Positions 1-10,239 of a stretch of 64,000 nucleotides of DNA are shown here, piece after piece. This DNA comes from Bacillota bacterium (GTDB taxonomy: Bacteria; Bacillota; Limnochordia; Darwinibacteriales; Darwinibacteriaceae). Made by a program: the position numbers and the translations under genes. The notes below the pieces were generated by a model. The model saw only the letters and a program-made list of their open reading frames with translations. It ran no database searches and had not been told where the DNA came from. How positions within the stretch are numbered: position 1 is the first letter of the stretch; each line of letters starts with the position of its first letter. The stretch lies in contig DUPN01000092.1 in NCBI GenBank assembly GCA_012838305.1, positions 5,315 through 69,314 of the forward strand. Direction: 5' to 3'.

Positions 1-777
1 GCCCACGAGAGGGACTTGGTCAAGTATTCCAATAACGATGGCCAGCAAGATCCAATAGCGCGATCCGATGAGAAAGAGCCCAAAGGCAGCGATTAAGGTG
101 GAGATCAGAAGCATGACAACCCGGCCCTTAATGTAACCAAACAAGTCTACGCTTACTGTCTCTCTGAACTTCGCCACCTGGTCCCGGGCCCGGGGGGGGA
201 CCAGCTGCATCAGTGCGTCGATGATCAGATCCTTGTCTCTGGCGATAAAAAACGTAGCAACCAAAGTGATGATGCTCACTAGGATGAAGGAGGGAAGACT
301 GGAGAATGTGGCTAAGACGCGATTTAGAAAATCCCTGGTGCCGTGCTCTAGGGTCACCAGAAATTCTTGTACGCTCGTTTGAATGTTTAGGCTCATCACA
401 TTGGGAAGGTTTTCGTTTAGAATCTCGAACTGGCCCAGAAGATCTGTGGTCAAATCGGAGATATTGGCCCGATACTGCGGCAGCAATGACGCTAGCTCTG
501 TTAATTCTCCAATAATCTGGCCAAGAATCATGAAAATCCCATAGGATGCCAATGCTCCTACCGCGATCAGGGTGGCAAAAACGGAAGGGCCTCTTGGAAC
601 ACGCACACGCCTCTCCAAAAAGGCGATCACCGGTTCTAGAACAACGGCAAAACTGACGCCCAGAACAAAGGGTATCAGCGCTGTCACGATTCGTCTAGAG
701 AAAAAGATCAGAACCACTGCAACAAAAAGGAACACAAGTAGTCGTTTGGGAGTAAGCAATTCTCGCAGAAAGCTCAC
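1..777 (-). CDS. AI-2E family transporter (sporulation integral membrane protein YtvI-like); C-terminus lies outside the window
   Basis: Reverse-strand ORF running off the left edge, absent from the ORF track for that reason. GTG start at 777 with GGAGGTG SD 5 nt upstream. Translation VSFLRELLTPKRLLVFLFVAVVLIFF...GLFLIGSRYWILLAIVIGILDQVPLVG is multi-TM with AI-2E/PerM-like C-terminal motif. Confidence 0.65.
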   Translation of the reverse strand, partial: MSFLRELLTPKRLLVFLFVAVVLIFFSRRIVTALIPFVLGVSFAVVLEPVIAFLERRVRVPRGPSVFATLIAVGALASYGIFMILGQIIGELTELASLLPQYRANISDLTTDLLGQFEILNENLPNVMSLNIQTSVQEFLVTLEHGTRDFLNRVLATFSSLPSFILVSIITLVATFFIARDKDLIIDALMQLVPPRARDQVAKFRETVSVDLFGYIKGRVVMLLISTLIAAFGLFLIGSRYWILLAIVIGILDQVPLVG

Positions 778-871
778 TGCTCCACCTCCTCTAGCCTACT
801 TCTTCAGTATATAACGTCCAAGGCTTGTTTTCAATAACTGTGTTTCCTGGGGAACGTAGGAAAGGGGAAAA

Positions 872-900
872 TTGACAGGAAATCCTTTTCTTAGTATAAT
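872..900 (+). promoter_or_regulatory. sigma-A-type promoter (TTGACA-17 bp-TATAAT) for the LysM/SleB-like hydrolase gene
   Basis: TTGACA at 872-877, exact 17-nt spacer, TATAAT at 895-900. The downstream ATG is at 935, preceded by AAAGAGG. Confidence 0.6.
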
Positions 901-934
901 CAAACAACCATCACTTGTAGAAAGAGGTTTCTCC

Positions 935-1684
935 ATGGTTGAGCAACCACACCCGAAGAAGGATCGATTGGCCACCCTGAGCTATTTGGCCGCGGCTGCC
1001 TTGTTGCTTCTCCAGATCTCGATGGTTGACGGTTTTTCTCAAGTCGACGACCAGCAGGGCGTACAGATGGCTGTGCTTCCTGGGCTGATTCCCGAGGTCG
1101 TTGCGGTAGCCTTGTCGGAGCACATGCCCCAAGTTCCTACCCGTCATCAATCTGTCACTGTCTACCAGGTGGAGCCAGGGGACAGCCTTCATTGGATCGC
1201 GGCCACCTACGGGATTTCCGTGGACGAGCTGAAGACTATGAATAATTTGGATTCCGACCTAATCCGGGTCGGTCAACGCCTTGTGGTCCCGTTGGATTTG
1301 GTGAAATACTATCCGGCCGGTGTTCAGTTGAGTGCACAGGAAGTAGAGTGGTTAGCTCAGATGATCCACGCCGAGGCGAGGGGCGAACCTTACCTAGGAC
1401 AGGTGGCGGTAGGTGCCGTGATCATCAATAGAATGCTGAGTTCGCAGTTTCCCAACACCCTCCGGGGAGTTCTGTTTCAAACTAATGCATTTCAGCCCAT
1501 TCAGAATGGGAGTTTCTTTCTAGCCCCAAGCCAAAGCGCACGACAAGCAGCTTTGGAAGCCCTAAACGGACATGATCCCACGGGAGGTGCACTGTTTTTC
1601 TTCAACCCGCGTCAATCCTCGGATCGTTTCATGCATAGCCGTCCGGCCAAAGTAACCATTGGCCGTCATCGTTTTACAACCTGA
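935..1684 (+). CDS. LysM domain-containing cell wall hydrolase (SleB/CwlJ-type spore cortex-lytic hydrolase domain)
   Basis: Track ORF 872..1684 begins inside the promoter. The in-frame ATG at 935 has SD AAAGAGG with 7-nt spacing. LysM motif (YQVEPGDSLHWIAATYGISVDELKTMNNL) followed by a hydrolase_2/SleB-like domain (AQMIHAEARGEPYLGQVAVGAVIINR...FQP). Confidence 0.8.
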   Translation: MVEQPHPKKDRLATLSYLAAAALLLLQISMVDGFSQVDDQQGVQMAVLPGLIPEVVAVALSEHMPQVPTRHQSVTVYQVEPGDSLHWIAATYGISVDELKTMNNLDSDLIRVGQRLVVPLDLVKYYPAGVQLSAQEVEWLAQMIHAEARGEPYLGQVAVGAVIINRMLSSQFPNTLRGVLFQTNAFQPIQNGSFFLAPSQSARQAALEALNGHDPTGGALFFFNPRQSSDRFMHSRPAKVTIGRHRFTT

Positions 1685-1694
1685 CAGAAGCGAA

Positions 1695-1720
1695 GAGGTG
1701 CCTTGCGGCACCTCGTTTTT
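1695..1720 (+). terminator. intrinsic terminator after the hydrolase gene
   Basis: GAGGTGCC-TTGC-GGCACCTC hairpin followed by GTTTTT. Confidence 0.7.
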
Positions 1721-1722
1721 CC

Positions 1723-2913
1723 TTAGGAGACTATACTTGCGGTATCTCTGGCAATGACAAGCTCTTCGTCGGTGGGAATCACAAAGACCCGAACCCTGGA
1801 GTCAGGCGTGGAGATTTCGATATCCTCACCGCGTTTTTTGTTTTGTTCCTCGTCCAGAGTGATTCCTAAATATGGAAGGTTGGCGACGAGGGCTGTACGC
1901 AACGAAGGTGTGTTCTCACCGATACCGGCTGTGAACACAATGGCGTCTACACCATTCATTGCCGCAATATAGGAGCCAATATACTTGCGGATCCGGTATT
2001 CATACATGTCAAAGGCTACTTTGCACAGTTTGTCGCCCTCGGCAATCCCCTTTTCGATATCTCGCATATCGCTCACGCCGGCCATACCATAGAGACCCGA
2101 GTGTTTGTTGAGCATGGAATCTATCTCATGCAGGTTCAGCTCTTCCTTCCTCATGATATAGAAGATGGCTCCGGGATCGATATCACCGCTGCGGGTGCCC
2201 ATCATCAAACCCTCAAGCGGGGTGAAACCCATCGATGTATCAATGGACTTGCCATCCGCAATCGCGGCGATGCTGGCGCCATTGCCCAAATGACAGGAAA
2301 TGATTTTCAAGTCTTCAATCTTCCTACCCATCAGTTCTGCCGCACGTTGCGAGACGTACTTGTGGCTGGTTCCGTGGAACCCATAGCGCCGGACCTTGTG
2401 GCGTTGGTAGACGCTGTAAGGAATGGCATACAAAAAACCATGGGGCGGAATGGTGGAATGGAAGGCGGTATCGAATACGGCCACTTGTGGAGTCTTGGGC
2501 ATGAGTTTCTCTGCAGCCCTTATGCCGATGACATTGGCCGGATTATGCAGGGGAGCCAGTTCGGCCAGGGAATCTAAGATCTCCTTGGTGCGGCCGTCAA
2601 TGAGCACTGAGTCGGAAAACGACTCGCCGCCGTGGACAACCCTGTGACCAACGGCGTCGATCTCCTGGGCGCTCTTGATGATCCCGTGTTCTGGGTGGGT
2701 TAGTAGATTTAGACTTTCCTGGATGGCCACCGTATGCTCCAAAATAGGCATGGTTCTGGTGACCTTCTCCTTGCCTGAGGATTGATGTGTGATGACGGCA
2801 TTTTCTTGGCCAACGCGCTCCACTCGTCCCTCTGCCAATACCTTTTCGCCTTCCATGGCATACAATTTGTATTTCACAGAAGAAGAACCGCAGTTGAGTA
2901 CAAAAATATTCAT
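1723..2913 (-). CDS. ackA: acetate kinase
   Basis: 396 aa with MNIFVLNCGSSSVKYKLY N-terminus and HLGNGASI motif, full-length ASKHA acetate kinase. SD AAGGAGG 7 nt upstream of the ATG at 2913. Confidence 0.95.
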   Translation of the reverse strand: MNIFVLNCGSSSVKYKLYAMEGEKVLAEGRVERVGQENAVITHQSSGKEKVTRTMPILEHTVAIQESLNLLTHPEHGIIKSAQEIDAVGHRVVHGGESFSDSVLIDGRTKEILDSLAELAPLHNPANVIGIRAAEKLMPKTPQVAVFDTAFHSTIPPHGFLYAIPYSVYQRHKVRRYGFHGTSHKYVSQRAAELMGRKIEDLKIISCHLGNGASIAAIADGKSIDTSMGFTPLEGLMMGTRSGDIDPGAIFYIMRKEELNLHEIDSMLNKHSGLYGMAGVSDMRDIEKGIAEGDKLCKVAFDMYEYRIRKYIGSYIAAMNGVDAIVFTAGIGENTPSLRTALVANLPYLGITLDEEQNKKRGEDIEISTPDSRVRVFVIPTDEELVIARDTASIVS

Positions 2914-2915
2914 GT

Positions 2916-3806
2916 CTAATCCTCCTTGTTGCCTTCGTCTTCAGTCAATACGCTGTCGTCTTCGGAGTAGGCAAGAAACCCTAGTCTGGTCTTAACCCCT
3001 AAGCGGCCTTCACGGACATAACGTCGAATCAGGGGGCAGGGAGCGTAGCGGGAGCCATAAGCCTTCTGCAGCTGCTCCATCCAGCTCAATACCAGATCTA
3101 AGCCTAGACGGTCGGCCATTTCCAGAGGGCCTTGTTTCATGCCCCAGCTTTCTTTGAGGATAAGCTCAGCATGGTGGGCTTCACAGATGCCCTCGTCAAT
3201 CATGCAAGCAGCCTCATTCACCATGACCAGTAAGGCCCGGGGATTGACGAGACCTCGGCTCTCTTGGATTTCTACCGCTTGTTTTCCGAGTCGGGTTGCG
3301 ATTTGTCTGGCAACGGCTACTGCATGTTCCGATGTTTGCTCGCCCCGCACAAGTTCAGCCACGGAGACATCGGGGACTGGGGGAATAAAGTGCAGGCCAA
3401 CCAGCATTTCGCTCCGTTTGATTTCCTTGGCGAGATCCGATATTCTCAATGTGGCGCTGGCTGAAATGAAAACCACCTCAGGGCGGCAGAACTGATCAGC
3501 GGTATGCAGCAGTTCCCGCTTAACCTGCATCTTGTCGAGGGTTGCCTCAATGAGCAAGTCCGCATTGCTGAGCTCCTTGAGATCCTGTGTATAATTAATT
3601 CGGCCTAGAATAAGTCGCTTTTCGGACTCTGTAATTCCCCATTTGGCCAGCCTGCGATGGAGGCTCCTTTCAATACGTAGGAGAGCATCTTGTCCCCCTG
3701 CTCCTTGCGAAAAAAGGACTACGTCATAGCCTTTACCGGCGGCGCATTCAGCGATCCCTCGTCCAAGCCGACCTGCGCCTAGAACTGCGATTCTACGAAT
3801 ATCCAT
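2916..3806 (-). CDS. hbd: 3-hydroxybutyryl-CoA dehydrogenase (3-hydroxyacyl-CoA dehydrogenase family)
   Basis: 296 aa with NAD-binding IAVLGAGRLGRGIA N-terminus and the 3HCDH C-terminal domain. Stop lies 2 nt from the ackA start (operon). SD AGGAGGT upstream. Confidence 0.85.
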   Translation of the reverse strand: MDIRRIAVLGAGRLGRGIAECAAGKGYDVVLFSQGAGGQDALLRIERSLHRRLAKWGITESEKRLILGRINYTQDLKELSNADLLIEATLDKMQVKRELLHTADQFCRPEVVFISASATLRISDLAKEIKRSEMLVGLHFIPPVPDVSVAELVRGEQTSEHAVAVARQIATRLGKQAVEIQESRGLVNPRALLVMVNEAACMIDEGICEAHHAELILKESWGMKQGPLEMADRLGLDLVLSWMEQLQKAYGSRYAPCPLIRRYVREGRLGVKTRLGFLAYSEDDSVLTEDEGNKED

Positions 3807-3916
3807 GCATCAATACCTCCTATGTTCACTCCTTCACATGATGGTAATTCTAATCTGCCTCAATGTTTCCTGCTTTTTCACCCGTTTTTGGTTGCTATTT
3901 GGCTTGGTTATGATAA

Positions 3917-5428
<1,512 letters not shown>

Positions 5429-5686
5429 GAACCGAGGGCTATGGCAAACCCCCCTTGAAGCGCGTACAAGTGATATAAAGGAGGCGATCACCATAGTCTA
5501 TTCGGATAATACCTTTTTTTGGAATGTGCTGCATGGCGAAGCATACCGCTATTGGTGGGAGATCATGACCCGCGTACCTGCCTATGGAGTATACCATACC
5601 GAAGGCTTTGCTGACATGATCGAGTATAGAAGATGATGCTAGTAGGGGCGCAGTTGCGCTCCTTTCATCGTAGATGGGGGGACACT

Positions 5687-6346
5687 ATGACCCGCAAAAA
5701 CGGAGTGTTTTGGGCCTTTTTCGTGTTGGGAGCCGTTCTCTTAACCAGCCTGGTCGCACGTCTGCTGCCCCAAACCGAGGGTGTCAGGATGGCTTTGCTC
5801 TTTTGGCAGCAGTCCCTGTTTATTCTGGGCGGCCTCTTTGGAGCGCGCCGAGGGGTGTTTCGATCTCCGAATCGCAAAGAGGCCACTTACGGAGTAGTGG
5901 GCGGATTAGGTCTCTATGTGGTCAACATTGTCTTGGGGGTACTCAGTGTCTGGATAGCCTTACGCTTCCTTGACCCCGACCTGGTCCAAAACCTGATCCT
6001 CAGGGAACGGGCGGGGGCCAATGTCCTCTTAACAAGTAATGAGCCCCTGATTGTCCTTGGCACCATGCTCCTTTTGACTGTGGGAGCACCTCTGGGCGAA
6101 GAGCTGTTCTTCAGGGGCTTGCTTGTGGATCTTTGGCGGGAGACACTTGGAGCACGAGCGGCGATACTCCTAGGGGCCGTTCTGTTTGCGTTTTTGCATT
6201 TCTATGTGTTACAGTTCATTCCTGTTCTTATCTCAGGAATCGTCTTGGGTATCCTCTTCGTGCGCTTTGAAAATGTCGTTGTTCCTATCTTCGCGCACTC
6301 TGTCGTGAACAGCCTGGTGCTGGTGATCTGGCTATGGGCGCTATAG
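5687..6346 (+). CDS. CPBP family intramembrane glutamic endopeptidase (CAAX protease-like)
   Basis: Multi-TM protein with EELFFRG, FAFLH and HSVVN motifs typical of Abi/CPBP. ATG at 5687 after a G-rich SD. Confidence 0.8.
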   Translation: MTRKNGVFWAFFVLGAVLLTSLVARLLPQTEGVRMALLFWQQSLFILGGLFGARRGVFRSPNRKEATYGVVGGLGLYVVNIVLGVLSVWIALRFLDPDLVQNLILRERAGANVLLTSNEPLIVLGTMLLLTVGAPLGEELFFRGLLVDLWRETLGARAAILLGAVLFAFLHFYVLQFIPVLISGIVLGILFVRFENVVVPIFAHSVVNSLVLVIWLWAL

Positions 6347-6661
6347 CTTCCAGAATTGATCGACGTCCACAACAAACACGGTGGCACCGCCGGCCTCGAT
6401 TTCTACGGGAACGCCGATTGCGGTTGGGAGTTCTGGCGTCATCTGAGGAATAATCTTTTTGCGCGGAGCACATGTAGATCGAATGACATTGATCACTGCG
6501 TCCACGTGGGTGTCTTGTATACCGATTAACAAAGTTGTATTTCCTTGGAGCAAAAAGCCGCCCGTACTGGCCAGCCTCGTGGCTTGAAATCCATTTTCGA
6601 TCAGGGCCTCCATCAGGAAAGCGACGTCATGATCTTCAACCACTGTGATCACTAGTTTCAA
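6341..6661 (-). CDS. darA: cyclic-di-AMP receptor DarA (PII-like, DUF970/YaaQ family)
   Basis: 106 aa MKLVITVVEDHD...ATRLASTGGFLLQGNTTLLIG...GGATVFVVDVDQF closely matches B. subtilis DarA/YaaQ. TTG start with GGGAGGA SD. Confidence 0.8.
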   Translation of the reverse strand: MKLVITVVEDHDVAFLMEALIENGFQATRLASTGGFLLQGNTTLLIGIQDTHVDAVINVIRSTCAPRKKIIPQMTPELPTAIGVPVEIEAGGATVFVVDVDQFWKL

Positions 6662-6691
6662 TGGTATTCCTCCCTTCCGTACAATGTATCT

Positions 6692-7705
6692 TTAGACATT
6701 TTCCTTCGGATTCCTTTCAGGCTTTGATGTTCGACGACACTTTTCAGCGATGCACTTCTCATAGATGACGCAGAGTGTCTCCGCCATGTTCTCGATCGAG
6801 TAGTGTTTGCTGGCGTGTTCCCTGCCAAATGTTCCCAATGCCTGCATTTTTTGGGGAACGGGTTTTTCCAGGTATTTGGCGGCTTCATCCTCCCTGAAGG
6901 CCCCTCGGCTACAACGGCCGCTAAAGTTGGTTTCCTCCAGCCAGTTCACGTTCTTCGGAGTCACCAACCCATCGGAATAGACCCCGAGGACCCAAGCGGG
7001 AGTGCCTGAGGCCATGGCTTCACGCACTGCACGGCCTGTACCTATCACTAGGTTTGTTGTTCGTAAGAGAGGCCACACTTCGTTGACCCAGCCGAGATGG
7101 TTGACTCCCTTGATTTGCCAGTTGCCCGCACTGCTAACATTCCAACCCCACTTCAATAGACTTTCAGACATTTTCTGGAAGTTTTTTTGTTTTTCGGGCG
7201 TGACTTGGGCCAAGAACAGGGCATCTTTGCGCCATGCTTGCTTCTGCCTATCGATGCGGGGTATTTGGACTCCATTTTCCACGACAAAAGTGGGAATAGG
7301 CAGGCTGAAGCGCTGCTTCATCTCGAGGCTGATGAAGATGACTGCATCTTGTTTAGCCAAGAGAGCATGGGCTTCAAACTCCAAGTAGTGTAGCGTAGTA
7401 ATAATCGGAACCTGGAGGAGTTCGCCTAGGGCGGTCATGGCCGCGATGGTGTGGGCCGAGTGGTTATGGATGATCTGAGGCTGCCACTTACTTACAAGCC
7501 TTAGAAGCCTGCGGGGATCGATGGTGGTAACATAGGGAATCCTTTTTCGGCGTAACCATCGCGAGAAGGCGGGATCGTGAAGATGGCTGATGACCAGGAG
7601 AACATCGTGTCCTTGACGGAGGAGTTCTACGCCCAGTGACGTAACATGGGTTGTTTGACCATTCTTGTAAAAACGAGTGGATAGGAGAATTCGCAAGGTC
7701 CCCAT
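6692..7705 (-). CDS. glycosyltransferase family 4 (GT-B) protein
   Basis: N-terminus MGTLRILLSTRFY... and a C-terminal GT1-type domain. Start is uncertain: ATG 7705 has an adjacent SD, and alternative TTG starts exist at 7696 and 7741. Confidence 0.7.
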   Translation of the reverse strand: MGTLRILLSTRFYKNGQTTHVTSLGVELLRQGHDVLLVISHLHDPAFSRWLRRKRIPYVTTIDPRRLLRLVSKWQPQIIHNHSAHTIAAMTALGELLQVPIITTLHYLEFEAHALLAKQDAVIFISLEMKQRFSLPIPTFVVENGVQIPRIDRQKQAWRKDALFLAQVTPEKQKNFQKMSESLLKWGWNVSSAGNWQIKGVNHLGWVNEVWPLLRTTNLVIGTGRAVREAMASGTPAWVLGVYSDGLVTPKNVNWLEETNFSGRCSRGAFREDEAAKYLEKPVPQKMQALGTFGREHASKHYSIENMAETLCVIYEKCIAEKCRRTSKPERNPKENV

Positions 7706-7771
7706 CCTTTCCGAGGTTGTCCTTTGTGCTGCCAAAGCCAAATCCAGCGAAGCGCTGGACTTGGTCTTTCC

Positions 7772-8350
7772 TTACCGATGCTCTCTTTGAGGCTGTGGCG
7801 GGAATGGAGGCCAAAACGCACCAGACTCAGCCAGCTCAAACCATTCTGCGCAGCCAATGGGAGACACCTGCTCACACTCTGGTGGCTCGGGTGCAAAGCG
7901 GCCCAGGACCTCCAACTGAACTAGGGCGATGGCTTTTATTACTAGGTAGATACCTACATCGCACTCAATGACGGTGCCTCCGTCAACAGCCCGACAAGAC
8001 AAGCAGCGGACCAGGGGTAGAATCACAACATTCATTCCTGGAATGGCACCCTCGAGACGGACGCCGCGACGACGGTATTGCGCGGTCTGTTGGATGAATT
8101 GACTCATTCCGTTGCTGTCATACTCCACATTCATTACGAAGTTGACAACGATGTCGATTTCGTCATTGCCCACAATGACACCTTCGGCCACAATATCGGT
8201 GATAGCACAATCAACAATATTGACCGCTAACGGGAAGGTGGGAGGAATGGGAATCCGGTAGGTGGGACAGTCAATAATGGAACACTCATTGTAGACCTTA
8301 TTGACATAAATAACCTCCCGTTGGAAATCGGGTTCATATTCACATTTCAT
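7772..8350 (-). CDS. hypothetical Cys-containing beta-rich protein (possible spore coat/exosporium-associated)
   Basis: 192 aa with a strong SD (AAGGAGGA, 6 nt) before the ATG at 8350. No signal peptide. Motifs CSIIDCPTY, VDCAITDIV and CLSCRAVDGGTVIEC. First gene of the operon with GT4 and darA. Confidence 0.5.
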   Translation of the reverse strand: MKCEYEPDFQREVIYVNKVYNECSIIDCPTYRIPIPPTFPLAVNIVDCAITDIVAEGVIVGNDEIDIVVNFVMNVEYDSNGMSQFIQQTAQYRRRGVRLEGAIPGMNVVILPLVRCLSCRAVDGGTVIECDVGIYLVIKAIALVQLEVLGRFAPEPPECEQVSPIGCAEWFELAESGAFWPPFPPQPQREHR

Positions 8351-8469
8351 GCTTAATCCTCCTTTCTCTTAATCATAGTATGCCGATCGTGCGGTGGGGT
8401 GCGTAGCCAACAGGAAAATGTCTGAATACCCTTCTGTTCGCATAACTTAGTTGTGAGGGAGGTGTGGCC

Positions 8470-9813
8470 TTGCGAATTAAGTTTAGGCATCCGAAATTCA
8501 GCCATGTTGAGCTGCGCGACGGTTCACTCGTGCTCCACTCTATGCAGGGGGAGGCTAGGGTGTTACAGGAGAATGTGGACGATGTCGCCGTGGCTGTGCA
8601 CAAGGAACTCGTGCGTATCGTGGGGTTTGTGGACAAAGCTTACGCCTGGCACTTCAGTGGTGAAGACGATCTGCAAGTCGAACGGATAGAATTTGGTCAG
8701 ACCTACGGAGGGGGCGGTCGCTTAATCCATGATGGACTGGGGAATAGTCACCTCTTCTATTTTGTCCAGCAGTCTCTGGGGCACGGTTCCCAGCTCAGGC
8801 ACCAAACCTTTAGCGAGAAGTGGTCGACGCCCCAGACAGTCTCCATCAACGTTTTCGGGGAGCCATCCAGCTTCAGCGCCAGCTGGTATACGGACCAATA
8901 TCTACACTTGGTATACTGCGGACACAAAGATCAGAATTTGCTGTATAGGGTATACAACCTGGAGCATCGGCTCTGGAGCGGCGCTGTGGTCTTTTCCGAG
9001 GAACGCTGCAGTTATCCCCAGTTCATTCCGGCCCCAGGGGGACTTTATCTTTTCTGGCAGGAGGATACTGCCAAGACTGTACTGAAGGTGCGCTACAAGA
9101 AACAACATTGGTCGCAGGAGGTTTTGGTATCCAGTGGGGAACGGCACGCTTCCAGTGTGGGTTACCGTTTGGCAGAGGACCGCTGGAGCGTACTGTGGGT
9201 TGAAGAAACCAAGTTCTATCAAGCGCCATTTGACGATTGGTCGAACCGCAACGAGGTGCAGCGAGGGGATTTCGACTATGCTTGGGTCGTTGAGGAGTCC
9301 CTGACGATTCCTGTCTATCAGTCCCAGGAGCCAGGGCCGGCGGTGGAGGAAAAAGCCCCAGAGGTACCCGAGCCTGGGGAGGAGGTGACAAGCGTTCCCG
9401 CCGCGGTAGGGACGGCCCCAGAGCGAAGTGAGAAGGAAGAAGAGGCTGCACAGAGGGAAAAGGCACAGAAAAAAAGGGAGAGTGAAGAAGCGAAGTTGCA
9501 GGCGGCCCTAATCGAGCAAGCCTTTCGCACTCTCCAGGAGTGGGAAAAAGTGAAGGAAGATCTAAAGCGCTGGCAAAGGGAGCTCAAACTCCCCGAACCT
9601 GTGGATCTGGTCCCTCTTATCGCTCGACTGGAAAGGTTAGAACGACGATGTTTGAATTTGCAGCAGAGTCAGGAGCAGACCAAGAAGCAAACAGAGGACA
9701 GCTTAGTCCAAATGGAACAGGCTCTAACGCGTTTGCGCGGGCAGCTTAGGGATTGGGAGGAGGAACGCAAAACAAAATACACACTCTGGGATAGGGTCCT
9801 GGGGCGAAGATAG
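8470..9813 (+). CDS. hypothetical protein: beta-rich repeat N-domain plus long E/K/Q-rich coiled-coil C-terminus
   Basis: 447 aa. Repeated hydrophobic-aromatic blade-like segments (LHLVYCG, LLYRVYN, LYLFWQE, WSVLWVE), then ~170 aa of coiled coil (EKEEEAAQREKAQKKRESEEAKLQ...). TTG 8470 preferred over track GTG 8464 on SD GAGGGAGG spacing. Confidence 0.55.
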   Translation: MRIKFRHPKFSHVELRDGSLVLHSMQGEARVLQENVDDVAVAVHKELVRIVGFVDKAYAWHFSGEDDLQVERIEFGQTYGGGGRLIHDGLGNSHLFYFVQQSLGHGSQLRHQTFSEKWSTPQTVSINVFGEPSSFSASWYTDQYLHLVYCGHKDQNLLYRVYNLEHRLWSGAVVFSEERCSYPQFIPAPGGLYLFWQEDTAKTVLKVRYKKQHWSQEVLVSSGERHASSVGYRLAEDRWSVLWVEETKFYQAPFDDWSNRNEVQRGDFDYAWVVEESLTIPVYQSQEPGPAVEEKAPEVPEPGEEVTSVPAAVGTAPERSEKEEEAAQREKAQKKRESEEAKLQAALIEQAFRTLQEWEKVKEDLKRWQRELKLPEPVDLVPLIARLERLERRCLNLQQSQEQTKKQTEDSLVQMEQALTRLRGQLRDWEEERKTKYTLWDRVLGRR

Positions 9814-9936
9814 GGCATATACTACGTCAATAGGGGGGGAGAGCTGGCAGTGGAAGTACTCGTAATTGGAAAAACCAATTCTATCCTGCATTCTTGCGGT
9901 GGATGACGGAAAAACATGCCTCTGGGAGAGGCTGTG

Positions 9937-10146
9937 ATGTACTTGAGATTTGCTGTTAGAAGGAGGTTTGGCTCTGAGGTTAAGGTTCGTTTTGCAGATA
10001 GCACAAGCAGCGAGGCCCTGACCAGCCCGTGGAAAGACGAGCGACCGCTTCCGTTGGTGATCATTGATGGGGACCTTTTCTCCAAGGGCACACTTGCAGC
10101 CAAGGCCATAGTTCAAGAACTGAACCGGAGACAGAAGAAGGGCTAG
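9937..10146 (+). CDS. hypothetical small protein (possible thioredoxin-fold-like, no Cys)
   Basis: 69 aa MYLRFAVRRRFGSEVKVRFADS...PLPLVIIDGDLFSKGTLAAKAIVQEL. ATG 9937 has GGGAGAGG SD at 6 nt; the track start 9916 lacks an SD. Weak call. Confidence 0.3.
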   Translation: MYLRFAVRRRFGSEVKVRFADSTSSEALTSPWKDERPLPLVIIDGDLFSKGTLAAKAIVQELNRRQKKG

Positions 10147-10239
10147 ACCAGGACAATCCCACAATTTGGATTCAAGCTGATTTTCAATTCCCTGTTATAA
10201 TAGGACGTAGCAAAACTATTATACTAGGAGGAAATCAGC

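Noticed and set aside
306-814. Plus-strand ORFs 306..515 and 572..814 in the ORF track
   Set aside because: They lie antisense to a well-supported multi-TM AI-2E transporter gene (1..777, minus). They have no SD and are low-complexity.
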